Assembly: GCF_009914755.1 (NCBI RefSeq)
Contig: NC_060939.1
Strand: one strand, 5' to 3'
From: the human T2T-CHM13v2.0 reference genome, Homo sapiens
Length of the DNA: 64,000 bases
In this document: piece after piece, positions 37,990 to 58,665 of the stretch
How the letters are laid out: each line of letters begins with the position of its first letter
How positions within the stretch are numbered: the first letter of the stretch is position 1
The notes under the pieces: generated by a model
Database searches by the model: none
The model's input: the letters and a program-made list of their open reading frames with translations, nothing else
What the model was told of the DNA's origin: nothing
Made by a program: the position numbers and the translations under genes

Positions 37990-40900
37990 GTCAGGTTGAT
38001 TTGAAATCTTCTTTCCTAATGTAAGCATTTACAACTACAAATTTCCCTCTTAGCAGTGCTTATACTCTGTCCTATAAGTTTTGGTGTATTGTAGCTTTGT
38101 TGTCATTTGCCTCATGATATTTTCCAATTTGCTTTGTGATTTCTTCTTTGACCCCTTGGTAGTTTGAGTGTTTTGTTCAATCCCCACATATTTGTGGATT
38201 TTCCAGTTTTCCGTCCGCTGTTGATTTCTAGTTTGAATCAACTGTGATTGGAAAATATACTTTGTATGACTTATAAAATGTGGGGAATGTTCCATGTGCA
38301 CTTGAGAAAACTGTATTCTCTTATTTTTTTCGTTAACATCTTATTGAGATACAATTCATATACCATGCAACCCACTTAAAATATACAAATAAGTTTGTTT
38401 TTAGTAGTCACAAAGTTGTGCAACCATCACCACAATCAATTTTGCAATTTTATCACCCCAAAAAGAACGTCTGTACCCATTCACAGCCACTCTATATTCC
38501 CCCAACACCCTGCACCACATTCTAGCCCTAGGCAACCACTAATCTACTTCCTGTCTCTCCATATTTGTCTGTTCTGGTATATGATTATATTTTTTCTTTA
38601 TTATTTCAATCGTTTTGGGGGAACAGGTGGTGTTGGTTACACAGATAAGTGCTTTAGTGGTGATTTCTGAGATTTTGGTGCACCCATCACCCAAGCAGTC
38701 TATACTGAACCCAATGTGTAGTCTTTTATCCCTCTCACCCTTCCCCCACAAATCCCTAGAGTCCATTATATCCTTCTTATGCCTTTGTGTTAGAGGACTA
38801 CTCTTTATGTCTCTTAAATCTAATTGGTCTATAATGTTGTTCAAGTCCCTTATTGCTTTATTGGTCTTCCATCCGGTGATTCTATTGATTATTGGAAGTG
38901 GGGTATTGAAGTCTACTTTTACTATAGAGTAGTCTTTTCTCCAAGTCTGTCAATGCTTGCTTCATATATTTAGGCACTTTAATGTTTGGTACATATATAA
39001 TTGTATCTATCTTCTTGCTGAACTGGCCCTTTTGTTTGGCCCATATGTTCTTATATAATGTCCTTCTTGGTATGTTTTAACAGTTTTGACTTAAAGTCTA
39101 TTTTGTCAGATATTACTGTAGTCACTCCTGTGTTCTTTTGGTTACAAAATTTCAGATTATCTTTTTCCATCTTTTTACCTTAAACCTATGCATATCTCTG
39201 GATCTAAAGTTAGTTGCATGTAGACAGCATATAGTTGGATTTTGGTTTTTAAAAATCCATTCTTCCATTCAATTTATTTTGGTTAGGGAGTTTTGTCCAT
39301 TTACATTTAAAGTTTTTGGGAGGTCTGTTGCTGTTTGTTCACAATTTTATGTATGTCTTGAGGACTTTTACCCTCTCATTTCCTTCCTTATTGCCTTATT
39401 GTTTAGTTGATTTTGTGTAATGATGCAACTTCAATCGTATATAAAGACTCTACTCCTTTTCAGCCCCTGCCCTACCTTGTGTTATTGGTGTCACAAATTA
39501 CATCTTTAGGTTATGTACCCATTAACAAAGATTTATAGTATTTTTTATGCTTTTGTCTTTTAAATTCGAAAAGAATGAAAAGTGAAAGAATGAAAAGTGA
39601 GTTGTCAACCAAAATTAAAATAATACAGGCCTTTATATTTGTCCAAATATTTACATTTACTGGGGAATTTCATATTTGCATATAGCTTTGAATTATTGTC
39701 TAGTATCCTTTTGTTTCAACTTGAAGGATTTTCTTTAGGATTTTGTAGGGAAAATACAGTGGTAATGAAGTTCCTCAGCTCTTATCTAGGAATGTCTTAA
39801 TTTCTTTTTCATTTTTGAAGGACACTTTGCTGGATGTAGTATTCTTCTAGGTTTTTTTCTTTCAGCCCTTTAAATATATCATCCTACTGACTTCTGGCCT
39901 GTAAAGTTTCTGCTGAAAAATCTGCTGATAATCTTACAGATGCTCCCTTGCATGTGATGAGCCATTTTGTCTTGTTGCTGTCAAGATTTTCTCTTTGTCT
40001 GACACTCGACTGATTAAAATGTGTCTTGCTGTGGGTCTCTGGGTTTATCCTACTTGGAGTTCATGGAGCTTTTTGTATTTGTGTATCCATTTCTTTCCTT
40101 AAATTTGGCAATTTTTCAGCTATTCTTCAAATAAGTTACTTGTCTCCTTTTCTATCTAAGATTACACTAATATACATATTGGCCCACTTGATGGTCTCCC
40201 TTAGCTGCTGTTCACTTTTCTTCATTCTTTTACTTTTGGCTCCTCTGACCTGCTCATTTCAAATGACCTGTCTGAAAGCTCACTCATTCTTTCTTATACC
40301 TGTACAGCTCTGCTGTTGAACCCTTCAAGTGAATTTTTCCATTCAGTTACTGTATTTTTCAGCTTTAGAATTTGTTTGGTTCTTTTTTGTAATTTTTGTT
40401 GATAGTCTCATTTTATTAATATATAGGTACCCTGATTTCATTTAGTTGTCAATATTCTCCTTCAGCTCATGGAGCATATTTATGGCAGTTATTTTAAAGT
40501 CCTTGTCAAATAAGTGAGAAGCCTTTGTTTCTTTAGGATACACTTCTGGATATTAATTTTGTTCCTTTAATATGGTCCATGTTTCCCTGTTTCTTTGAAT
40601 GTCTTGTGATCTTACATTGAAAAACGGGTGTTTGAAAAAACAGCCACTTCTCCCAGTCTTGCAGACTGGCTGCATGCAAGCAAAGACCTTCACTAATCAG
40701 CATGGTGTAAAGTCTTGAGGTCCTCTCAAACCTTTCTGGGGTTGTGTCTTTCCTGGGCCTGTGTGTTTTAATTCCAGTTTTCCATACACACGGCTTCTTT
40801 TAAATGTCCTAATTACCTAAAAATCTCACTACTTCTTCTCAGAGATTTAGATGCTGTATTTTATTCCTCTGCCCATAATTTTTTGCCACCAGGTTCCTGC

Positions 40901-41403
40901 AGTTCTGTGGACTCACTACACCTCTCACATTCAGTGGTACCAACCACCTGTTTCCGCAGCTTCCAACCTGATATCCAAATGATGCAGCTGTTCCCATCAG
41001 TACTGAGTCAGGCAAGACAGATAGCAGTCCCTCAGGCAGGCCCCAGAAAAGCCAGAATGTTGCAAGCAAGTCTACTCTTTTCCCTCCATTCCAAGGGAAG
41101 AACTGGGAATTGGGTGGCTTCTTCCTGACTGTGCTGTGCCAGGGAGGATGTGGGTAAAGGGTGAGCAAAACACCATGACATTTCCTACTGCTTTGAATAT
41201 GGCCTTTTCTTAGTTAGGCAGTCTCTTGGTTGCTGCTGCTGACTGATTGATTGGTTTCTAGAGCTCTCCCAAAGCTATTTTGGTCTGTGTATCATATAGT
41301 CAGTCTTTTAATGGGGAAGCAAAGGCCTGGAGCTTCCTAATCCACCATTTTGCTGACAACACTCTTATCTTTTAAAGAGGTGTTTTTTTTTTTTTTTGAA
41401 AAG

Positions 41404-41446
<43 letters not shown>

Positions 41447-42180
41447 AACACACACACACGTATGTATACATAAGATTACACATTACTATTTCTTTTTTCT
41501 CCATCTTTTTTATGTGTGTGTACAGAGATTCACATTTCCTTCTGGTATCATTTTCCTTTTGTATGAATGACTTCCTTTAATCTTTCAAGTATAGATCTTC
41601 CTAAACGTAATGATTTCTACTGACCCTTTTTCTGCTTTGCCCAAATTGCTAAAGAGCTTATCCAGTCCATTTTTACCAAGATTACAAACTTGGTCTCCCG
41701 CTTGTCATGGGAAGTGGGTAAATTCTCTGCTTAGCTAAAGGCCACAGCCATTTCCTTTCACAGGTACCTAGGAGTCTCACCCTCTAAATGGTATTTAGAT
41801 GTCTGCCAAGCATTTGAGGGAAATACGTATGCATGTTTTGAGGGCTCTGTTTTTCTAGAATTTTGTACCACCTTGGCAGCCCTGCTCTCTGACTCCTCAG
41901 TCCAATAAGACTACTACTTTTTGCTTGAGTTCTTACCTCTGTGAACCCACAAACTGGAAAGCGCTTTTAGAAGAAGCTAGTTGAATGTGGATCTCAACCA
42001 GTATTTCTGCTCTTTCAAGGATCATATCGCTTCCAGTTTCTACTTATTATTGATTACTCATCTACACCTTCAAATATACTTTTTAAACGTTTTTAAAATA
42101 TGTTTTCAAATATATTATTTTTGAAAATTCATAAATCCAGAGTTTATGTTGGTTCAATACAAGCTACTTTGCCATTACTG
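37990..42180 (-). mobile_element. Old L1M (ORF2 start, ORF1 and 5' region) with nested L1 3' ends at about 38320-38790
   Basis: Antisense motifs: gtttctgctgaaaaatctgctgata, cttggagttcatggagct, aaatttggcaatttttcagctatt. Confidence 0.6.
41383..41460. repeat. Compound microsatellite: T run, (TA)15, (CA)n
   Basis: Read directly. Confidence 0.95.
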
Positions 42181-42411
42181 GAATTAGAACTGAGTTATTT
42201 TAAAAACATTTTTTAAAAATGGGAAATACCTGAGCATGACTAAAAGCTATCAAATTCCAGTAATTCGGTAATGGAAAGCAATTTTTATCTACAAAAATTT
42301 TATATTTCAGTTTAAGAAAGTACTTTTTATTACTGTTGTGATGATAGTCTATAATTCTTTCCATTGAGGCTGTATATTAAAAATATATGGCACTTTTTTT
42401 TCCTTTTGTAG

Positions 42412-42648
<237 letters not shown>

Positions 42649-43173
42649 TGAACTTCATATAAAATGCATCATACATATGAAATCATATGAAATCTAACAT
42701 TTATAGTGAGATATATGTGTCATCTAAGCAAGTGGATATTTTCACATAAGTAAGTTAGTGTAGAAAATGGGACTGGAAAATACAGTATAGGTACTTCTCA
42801 ACTACAGAAAGTACCAAATTAAAGAATGACTATTAGGGGACTGTTTGCCTCTTCAAACCTTAGAGCGAACATCACTTCCAAACCACTATTGCTGCTTTCT
42901 CTAAAAATTCATAGTTCTGACACTTTCCTTCTTTGCAAAGGTCAGGTATTTAAAATATTATAGAATTATTATTATCTTAAAAGTAAGTTGGTTCAGTACT
43001 ACTGTTGGACAATACCATTTCAAATATCATGCTTATTGGAATTAAGAGTATACATTCCTACAACAGAACTTATATTCTGACAATATATTATCCACACATT
43101 TTTACAAACTTCCTGTTGTTTGGTGGCCTACTCTTAATACTAAATCAGACAATATTGATTTTTTTTTTAACAG

Positions 43174-43251
43174 ATGCATATTGAAGCTGCCAAGATGCTA
43201 TCTTTCACTGAGGAGGAATTTATGAAAGCACTTGAATGGGGAAATTCATAA
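43174..43251 (+). CDS. TEX9: TEX9 last coding exon (MHIEAAKMLSFTEEEFMKALEWGNS*)
   Basis: T10-aacAG acceptor; TAA at 43249-43251. The conserved-looking C-terminus matches TEX9. Confidence 0.95.
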   Translation: MHIEAAKMLSFTEEEFMKALEWGNS

Positions 43252-43467
43252 GTGATCTACTTCAGTTAGTCTCTATGACAGTATGTGATGGATACCCATT
43301 TTACTTATTGTAGTGGTTTGAATGATTTTTATTCTTCATAAGTAATATATTTGATTATGAAAGCAAAATAATTTCAAAGAATTCCCTTTTTAGATTTAGG
43401 AGATTAGCTATTAGCTCTTTTTGAGTTGTTTTTTAAGTTCTTAGCGTGACAATTAAGCACATCAGAT

Positions 43468-43473
43468 AATAAA
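43468..43473 (+). terminator. Candidate TEX9 proximal polyadenylation signal AATAAA
   Basis: First AATAAA I see after the TEX9 stop (about 220 nt downstream), followed by U-rich sequence. Confidence 0.55.
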
Positions 43474-43551
43474 ATTCTTGACTCTTTTCATTTATAATTC
43501 TCCTCCCTTACAGTAGACCAAAAAAGATGCTTTAAAAGAAAATTCCAAATA

Positions 43552-43557
43552 TTTATT
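43552..43557 (-). terminator. Candidate MNS1 polyadenylation signal AATAAA
   Basis: TTTATT on the + strand, about 350 nt downstream of the MNS1 stop; U-rich downstream element on the - strand. Confidence 0.65.
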
Positions 43558-43907
43558 TCCCTGGCTAAATCAAGTAAGTAAAGTTCGTAAACACAGACAG
43601 AAGGCAGTTCACTTTGGGGTAGAGTTCTGTATTAGTCAAGGTAAATATACTGTCTTGAGGATGGGGATGCAAACAGTGCTCTGTAGTGTTGTAGAAATCG
43701 GATTTTGAAATTATCAGTACAAAAATAACAGCTTGATTAAAATTAATTTGTATCTGATAATTGTTTACAAGTTATGAAATTCAGTGATGATTTACAAAAT
43801 CCAAACAGACAATGGATACCTAATGCCACTGAACTGTAAAACAAAAGTTATGCTGACATCTAGTGGTAACATACAAAAAATCTATGCTTTACCCAATTTT
43901 GATGATA

Positions 43908-44000
43908 TCATTTCTCTTCACAAATTTCACTCCTTTGTTGATATACTTTCCTGAACTCTTCACCAAGCAGATCAATATCATCCTCTTTTTTAAATACTCC
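43908..44000 (-). CDS. MNS1: MNS1 last coding exon (GVFKKEDDIDLLGEEFRKVYQQRSEICEEK*)
   Basis: tttctcgtAG acceptor on -; TGA at 43910-43908; 93 nt. Confidence 0.95.
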   Translation of the reverse strand, partial: GVFKKEDDIDLLGEEFRKVYQQRSEICEEK

Positions 44001-45008
44001 CTACGAGAAAAATATTTTGTGGGTTACTTTTGAATACCAGAATATTTCACTAAATGCTTTTAAGACTGACAGACATAAGATTAGTAAAGTTATCTCCAAG
44101 GTAATGAAATCTATTCAACAGATTAATGAAACTTTAAAAAAATCAATACTTTTCAAAAAATAAGACTTTACATATATATTGAATATTCCTAGACTGACCC
44201 AATTTTCTGATTTATCAGCTCTAGTGTAGGAGCTTTTCATAGGAATCTGAGCTCTTCTACAAGTTCTACTGCTTGGATTACCTAGATAGGAAGGCACTTC
44301 ATCTATACTGTACCCTACCCTTTTCTTTAAATAGCTCTATAATATGATATAATGGTGAGCTTCAGTAGATTCATGCATGGGATTAGTTCTTCATGCCTCA
44401 GTTCTATGGCTAATCAGCAAACAGTCAATCTTGCAGAAAAGAATCCAGGTTTGGAGTTAAGCCATTTAAGCAAACCCTTTGGAGTTCTTCACTGTTCTAT
44501 TTTTCTTTTCCCCTACAGTATACTGCAAAAGGCTCTTTAAAACAAAATTAAATATTTACTTAAATTGCAATCTAAAGAATAAAGAATTTTAGGGATAACT
44601 GAAGTCATTTGGCACCATTAGGACCTAAAGGATAAAGGTCATTTTTGGATATCAAGTTTATTAATCCCTCCTGCTGCCTCCACAATTATTTCCTCTACAA
44701 AAATATCAAATCCCAAAGAAAGACATTCCTACAATTTATAATTTAGTTTATGAAATGTATTAATTACATATGGATTTTATCATTAATACATCATTTTGTA
44801 TTCCTTAATCCTTTCTAACCAATTAGACTATCAAGTCCTGTGGCCAGGCAGTAATTACCTATATATCTTTTTCCTTCCTTAGCACCAGAGTGAATATAAT
44901 AAAATAAATATGCACTTGATTCTACTGAATAAAATATGAAATGGCATTTCTATAGCTGAAAGATGGCGATCTTATTTATATGAGTCTAGATGTTTATGTG
45001 GCCTATGA

Positions 45009-45394
<386 letters not shown>

Positions 45395-45429
45395 TAACTA
45401 GTTATAACTTCCTACTGTAGAGCAGATCT

Positions 45430-45640
45430 GTCTCAAGCTCAGTTCAACCATGTGCCTATTACTAGTGTTACCAGTGACAATGTTTTCATACACATTCTCA
45501 TCTTTGGCATGTAAGTACTACAGTTCTAGGGTAGTCTCAAGCTCAGTTCAACCATGTGCCTATTACTGGTGTTACCAGTGACAATGTTTTCATACACATT
45601 CTCATCTTTGGCATGTAAGTACTACAGTTGTTCTAGGGTA
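45430..45640. repeat. Near-perfect tandem duplication, 104 bp + 107 bp
   Basis: Copies start at 45430 and 45534; 1 substitution and one 3-bp indel. Confidence 0.97.
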
Positions 45641-45695
45641 GCTTTAGATTTCCTACACTAAAAGGGGAGAAAAGAAACTCTAAAATACAAACTCA

Positions 45696-45947
45696 GGCCA
45701 GGTGTGGTGGCCCACCCAGCACTTGGGGAGGCTGAGGCAGATGGATCACCTGAGGCCAAGAGTTCAAGACCAGCCTGGCCAACATAGCAAAATCCTGTCC
45801 TTACCAAAAATACAAAAATTAGCTGGGTGTGGTGGCAAACGCCTGTAATCCCAGCTACTCAGGAGGCTGAAGCAGGAGAATCACCGGGAGGCAGAGGTTG
45901 CAGTAAGCTGACATCTTGCCACTGCACTCCAGCCTGGGCGATAAATA
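45696..45947 (+). mobile_element. AluS-type with internal deletions and a degraded tail
   Basis: GGCCAGGTGTGGTGG...GATCACCTGAGG...; approximate TSD TACAAA(C/T)TCA. Confidence 0.88.
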
Positions 45948-46179
45948 AGGTACAAATTCAGTAAATCAAGCTCATACATCTAATAATGTGCTAAGACCAA
46001 TCATTTTAGATATACTGAAATGGGCCCAGAGAGGTTCAGTGCCTGGACAGGAGGATCCCATTGCTGCTTCATAACCGAGCAAGAAGTGAGCAAAACCAAG
46101 GCACTCTAAAATCCAAATACCATGTTTTTTTCACTATTACAGGTCATGAAGATTACAACTTGAGATAAATCTCACTTAC

Positions 46180-46305
46180 TTTAGGGAGATAGCCTAGTAA
46201 GTTTGTAGCATGCTCTTTAAGAAGTTTTAGCCTTTCTTCTTCAATAATTGCATTAATAAATCCTTGCCGCCTTTGCTGCAACTGCCACTCTTCTAGTTCA
46301 CGTTG
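46180..46305 (-). CDS. MNS1: MNS1 coding exon (QRELEEWQ...LLGYLPK)
   Basis: tttccAG acceptor and AAA|GTAAGT donor. 126 nt; ORF-track 46153..46344. Confidence 0.96.
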
Positions 46306-47517
46306 CTGGAAATGCAGATCAAATTTTGTTATCACAAAGTACATTAATCTTATACGAAGTTTTCAAATAAAACTACTCATGCAATGAATTAGATAAAATT
46401 GATGAACTATTTATGACACTAAGTTCAAAAGATTCTAGATAATATATATTTTTAAAATATATATTTTATGTCTGTACACATATCTATGTATTTTTTACTG
46501 TCATTATTCCTTTAAAATTACAAGGAGGCAAACAAATATTTTCAGGAAAGTGTCTTCATTACCAAGGGAAAAAATATTCAAAGGAGTGACTGCCTAATAC
46601 AGTAAATATTTACTGAATGCTTACCATATACCAGATGCTGAAGAGTTTACAGTGTAAAACAAAAAATAGTGAATAAAGAAGATCAGAAATATCTAAAGGA
46701 TATTTTCATATATATATATATAAAGATGATATGAAGCATGAGAATTCCACTAGTATTTCTTAGGAAAGTGCTCACTCTTAAATAATCACATCAAAATTCT
46801 GGGCCATATAGAAAAGATGACTTGAACTACGTGAAAGAACAGTAATCTACTAAGCCACTGTTAATTTGAGACTGTACTTGCATTCAAACCTAATTCTATC
46901 TTAATTCATCCATTCCTTATAAAGAGGAGATACAGGAAAGTTCTGTAATGTTACAGGGGAAAGCAAACTTGATACATTTTTGTCCAATGGTAGAGTCTAC
47001 TTTGGGCTAATGCAGATTTTCCTAAGAAGGATCTGGCAGGCCACATTCAATGTTTATCCTAAAAAGAAAAATTTATAGTAAATTAAATTGTTTAGGCAGT
47101 TACGAAATCAACTTATCCATTTAGGACAAATTCTGAATAGCTTTGGTGTAGGAAACTACCTCCTGGGAAGTTTCAGATTTTGTCTGACCGTATGATTTTC
47201 GTAGAGGTAGACAGAATTACAGATACCTATTTAGGAATGTCTCTGAAATCCAAAAAACATGGTTAGACCTTATAGGATTGTATAATGAGTTTCATCACGA
47301 AGATCTGTCCTTGACTTGGGGCCAGAACAAAAATGTTGCCCAATCAAACGGACAAAACTAAGCCGACAGCTTCATATTGGGAACATTTATAAGTCTTTAA
47401 AAATTAAGACAAAAATTATTTGTATAAGTATCTATGCATTAGGTGGCTTTATCTGATTTCCATTTAGTTTTTAGTCTGATTTCTAGTTAGTTGTCTTGCT
47501 AACTTTTCCAGGAGCTT

Positions 47518-47574
47518 TCTCCTATCCAAGTACTAACCAGGCCTGATCCTGCTTAGCTTCTGAGAACAGATGAG
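47518..47574 (-). pseudogene. 5S rRNA pseudogene fragment (about nt 33-89 of 5S)
   Basis: Reverse complement CTCATCTGTTCTCAGAAGCTAAGCAGGATCAGGCCTGGTTAGTACTTGGATAGGAGA versus 5S CTCGTCTGATCTCGGAAGCTAAGCAGGGTCGGGCCTGGTTAGTACTTGGATGGGAGA; 6 mismatches in 57. Confidence 0.92.
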
Positions 47575-48012
47575 CTCCAATCTGAAATATAACAGCACTT
47601 GTATTCCCATGAGTTTCTCATATTTGAAACATCTGCATTATTTTGACTCCTACTTTGTATAGTTTTAAAAGAAGTCATGTAAGTCTCACTTAGTCTTCCT
47701 CTAAATTCTTCTCTTCCTACCGATTTTCAAAACACCTACATATTATCCATTTGGTTCTTAAACCACAAAATCTAGTGAGACAATATAAGTATTTAGTTTT
47801 ACGGATGAGACATAAATAAGTCAATGTATCCAAAGCCAAAAACTTCATTCCCTCTCCAACACTTAAATCTACATTTCCAACTAGTAATCTTCCCCTGGGC
47901 CACCAAATCATTTTGGGTGGACAAAATAGAATTATTTGCACCCTCAAAATCTATTTCTTTTCCTCTATACTCTTTCCTTAGGATGTCACCCAGTCACCCA
48001 TTAAAGATGGAA

Positions 48013-48252
48013 GTGACACATGGACACAGGGAGAGGAACATCATCACACACCAGGGCCTGTCGGGGGGTGGGGGGGACAAGGGGAAGGGAGAGCATTAGG
48101 ACAAATACCTAATGCATGCAGGGCTTAAAACCTAGATGACGGGTTGATAGGTGCAGCAAACCACCATGGCACATGTATACCTGTGTAACAAACCTGCATG
48201 TTCTGCACATGCATCCTGGAACTTAAAATAAAAATATTAAAAAAATAATTAA
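48013..48252 (+). mobile_element. L1PA8/10-like 3' end inserted in L2-like sequence
   Basis: GGACAAATACCTAATGCATGCAGGGCTTAAAACCTAGATGACGGG; TSD AAAGATGGAA (48003-12 and 48253-62). Confidence 0.88.
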
Positions 48253-48949
48253 AAAGATGGAATGACAGTATTATTTATTAGGGGTAGCCTTAAGTCTTCT
48301 CTCACCCTAGATCTCACTGGTCACCAAGCCCCATCAATTCCGTATCCTTAACATCTCTCGGGTGGATCCCTTATCTATTTGCATGGGTTTCACCACTTGT
48401 CACTGGGATTATTATAATAACTTACTTACTGATCTCCCTATCTCCGAGCTTACTCATCTCTTATCTACCTTCAATGCTCTCACTTGAATCGTCTTTCAAA
48501 GTACAGATCTTAATATACAGCTTTTCAATCTTCAGTGGCTTCCCTTAGAAAAGCCCACCTTCTTAAAATAGCATGCAGGGTGTTCATGATCTGTTTCTCT
48601 CTCTGCCATACCAAAACATCCATAGCTCTATAACCTATTATCACATGTACATGACATATTTATAATTACTTTTTATATATTTTTCTTAACCAAGACCATA
48701 AATTCATAAGTGACATGGACTTAGTTTTATTTACCTTTTATGTTCTCAATACCAACCAGTGTTTAGCACATAGAAAGCATCAATAAATATTTTCTAGAAG
48801 CAAAAATGGTCAGAAAATTTATATATATATTAGTAAACATACTAACATTGTCTGGCATATAAAGCTTCTCAGTAAATGTTTAGTGGATGATAGATGAGCT
48901 ATTGCTGTTTAATGATAATGACCAAAAAAACCCCACAACTTTTTCTTAC

Positions 48950-49207
48950 TTTGTCTGCAAGGAATTGTTGGCGACGCTCTTCAATAAGTTTTTCCACAGC
49001 CCTCCTGTGTTCCAGCTGCTTCATTCTTTGTTTCTGAGCATTCATTAATTCTATTCGATCATCCTCAGCAAATTTAGCTAGCATAGTTTTTCTAAAGTTC
49101 TCCTCTTCCTCTTTTGCAGCCTGTAGCACTAATTCCTTCAAGGCCATTTGTTCTTCAAAATCTTGCTTCATCTCTTTTTGCTTTCTCAATTTCTTTTCTG
49201 CTTCTTC
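48950..49207 (-). CDS. MNS1: MNS1 coding exon (EEAEKKLRKQ...QQFLADK)
   Basis: ttgtttAG acceptor and AAA|GTAAGA donor. 258 nt; includes the LAKFAEDDRIELMNAQKQRMKQLEH motif. Confidence 0.96.
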
Positions 49208-49849
49208 CTAAACAATACAGCTGAAAGTTAATTTAGTAACTATTTCCTTACACCAGATTTATAAGGAAAGAGTGATAGAGTTTGGTTAAATTTAGTATTA
49301 CAATATGAAATCATACAAACTGAAAAAGTAAGGCTTTTCATGATAACTTTGTCCATCCCTTTAAAACTAGCTGGATAAAGAATATGCTTACATTTGGATT
49401 GTTTTCTGTTACTCACGAACAAATTTTAATTTATATTTACCATCTTGTTTCTCTACTCAGAATTAACACGTAACTGCTTTGAAAAGAGCTGTTACAAAAG
49501 CCTTTTTTGCACACCTGAGTTTATTCATCTAAAGTCTATGGTAACTATGAATCATTCTAGAATCTTGCTTACAAAAGCTGTCCAAACCACCCATAAGTAT
49601 TTTTCAGTTTCCAACCTCCTCCTCAAAATCAAAGCTGCACTTACCCATCTCTAGTCTTCTAATATTCCCTTCATTCTCCAAAATTCTCTAAAATTTAAAA
49701 ACAATTATCTAGCAATGACAATCAGTACTTCTTTAGGGAAATTCAAATATAGTTGGAACAGTTAAGTCCTTTCCTATAAGCTTTTATTTTCTGAACATTT
49801 TATTATGAAAAATTTCATACATACTAAAAAATATAATTTTACAATGGTC

Positions 49850-55565
<5,716 letters not shown>

Positions 55566-56283
55566 GAGGCACATACTTTTAAATTTATAATTAAAGGTTT
55601 ATCCATGTTTTAGCATGATCAGTCTGTCATTCTTTTAATAGCTGAATAACATTTTATTACATGGATATACTATATTTTGTTTATCCATTAGACATTTGGG
55701 TTATTTCTACTTTTGGGTTATTTCTACTTTTAGACTATTGTGAATAATGCTGCATAAACATTTGTGTATGGGTTTGGGTAGACACAGGCTCATTAATTTT
55801 TAACCATTCTTTTTTCTAATATATGCATTTAAAGATATAAACTTTCCTCTAAGCACTGCATTAACTGCACGTCACATATTTTGGAATGCTGTTTTTTGAA
55901 TCATTTAGTTTGAAATATTTTTCTAATTTCCAATATTATTTATTCCCCTTTTCTCATTGCTTATTTAGAAATATATTGTTTAATTATAATATATTTAAGG
56001 AGTCTGCAGGTATATTTTCATTACTGATTTTTAATTTAATTCCACTGTAGTCAGAAAACATATCTGGTATTATTTAAAACCTTGAAAATTTATTGAGACT
56101 TCCTTTATGTCCTAGAATATGATCTATCTCGGTGAAGGTTCCATGTTTGAATGGAATTTGTGTTCTGCTGTTGTTGGGTGGAGTATTCTCTAAATGTCAG
56201 GTCAAGTTTATTGATATTGCTTTCAATACGATATCCTGCGGTTCTGACTACTTAGTCTATAGATTAATGAGAACTGTGCATTG

Positions 56284-57733
<1,450 letters not shown>

Positions 57734-58240
57734 ATCTTGAACTCTGATTGTGGATTTGCCTCTTTCTCCTTTCAGTTTTTGTCAGTTTTGCTTCATGTAT
57801 TGTGAAGCTTTATTATTTAGGTTCACACGCCTTTAGGACTATGACATCTTCTAGATGAATTTACTGTATTATCATGAATTGCTTGTCCTGAAGTTGACTT
57901 TGTCTCATATTAACGTAGCAACTCCAACCTACTTTTGACTAGTGTCTGTATGTTACGTATCTTTCACCATCCTTTTGCTTTTAAAGTATGTATCTTCATT
58001 TTTAAATTGTGATTACAGACAACATAGTTGCATCATGCTTTTTATGGTAAGTTTATAAATTGATGCCTGAGTCTATCTTTTTAGCCAGCTTGAAAATTTC
58101 TGTCTTTTAACTGTAGTATACCATTTACATATAATGTAATTACCAGTATGGTTGGATTTAAATGTACTATCTCTTTTCTGCTTCATCTCAAAATTATATT
58201 CTTCTCTACATTAATCATTCTTTCCATTTCTGAAACTTAC

Positions 58241-58348
58241 TTTTAGCTTGCTCTTATATATTTCAGCTTGTTCTTCCTGGTATAATTCTTGTCGCACTTG
58301 TTCCAAATCTTCACGTTGCCGCAGCATTTCTTCTAATTTCTGTGTCAA
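58241..58348 (-). CDS. MNS1: MNS1 coding exon (LTQKLEEMLRQREDLEQVRQELYQEEQAEIYKSKLK)
   Basis: taatAG acceptor and AAA|GTAAGT donor. 108 nt, preceded by a 100-nt intron. Confidence 0.95.
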
Positions 58349-58448
58349 CTATTAAATTTTTTAAAAAACATAAATATTTATAGGATCCAAATTCTGTAAC
58401 TAATATTTCAGAATTTTACTAGTGTTAAAGAAGTGGTTATTTTAATAC

Positions 58449-58665
58449 CGCATTCTGAAGCTGTAGCCTTTTCTCCTCATTTTCTTGAACTTTTGCCATC
58501 CGATCTTCTTCTCTTTGCTGCTGCATGTTAGCAAACTCTATGATTTTTCTGTTTTCTTCTTCCATCTCCTCACGTTTCTTTTTTCTCCAGAGAGCCTGCT
58601 CTTTCTGAAACTCTTCTATATACCTTCGCATTGCATTCATTTTTTCTAACTTTTGTTGTTTTTCC
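58449..58665 (-). CDS. MNS1: MNS1 coding exon (EKQQKLEKMN...RLQLQNA)
   Basis: cttttcAG acceptor and GCG|GTATTA donor. 217 nt; ORF-track 58437..58736. Confidence 0.95.
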
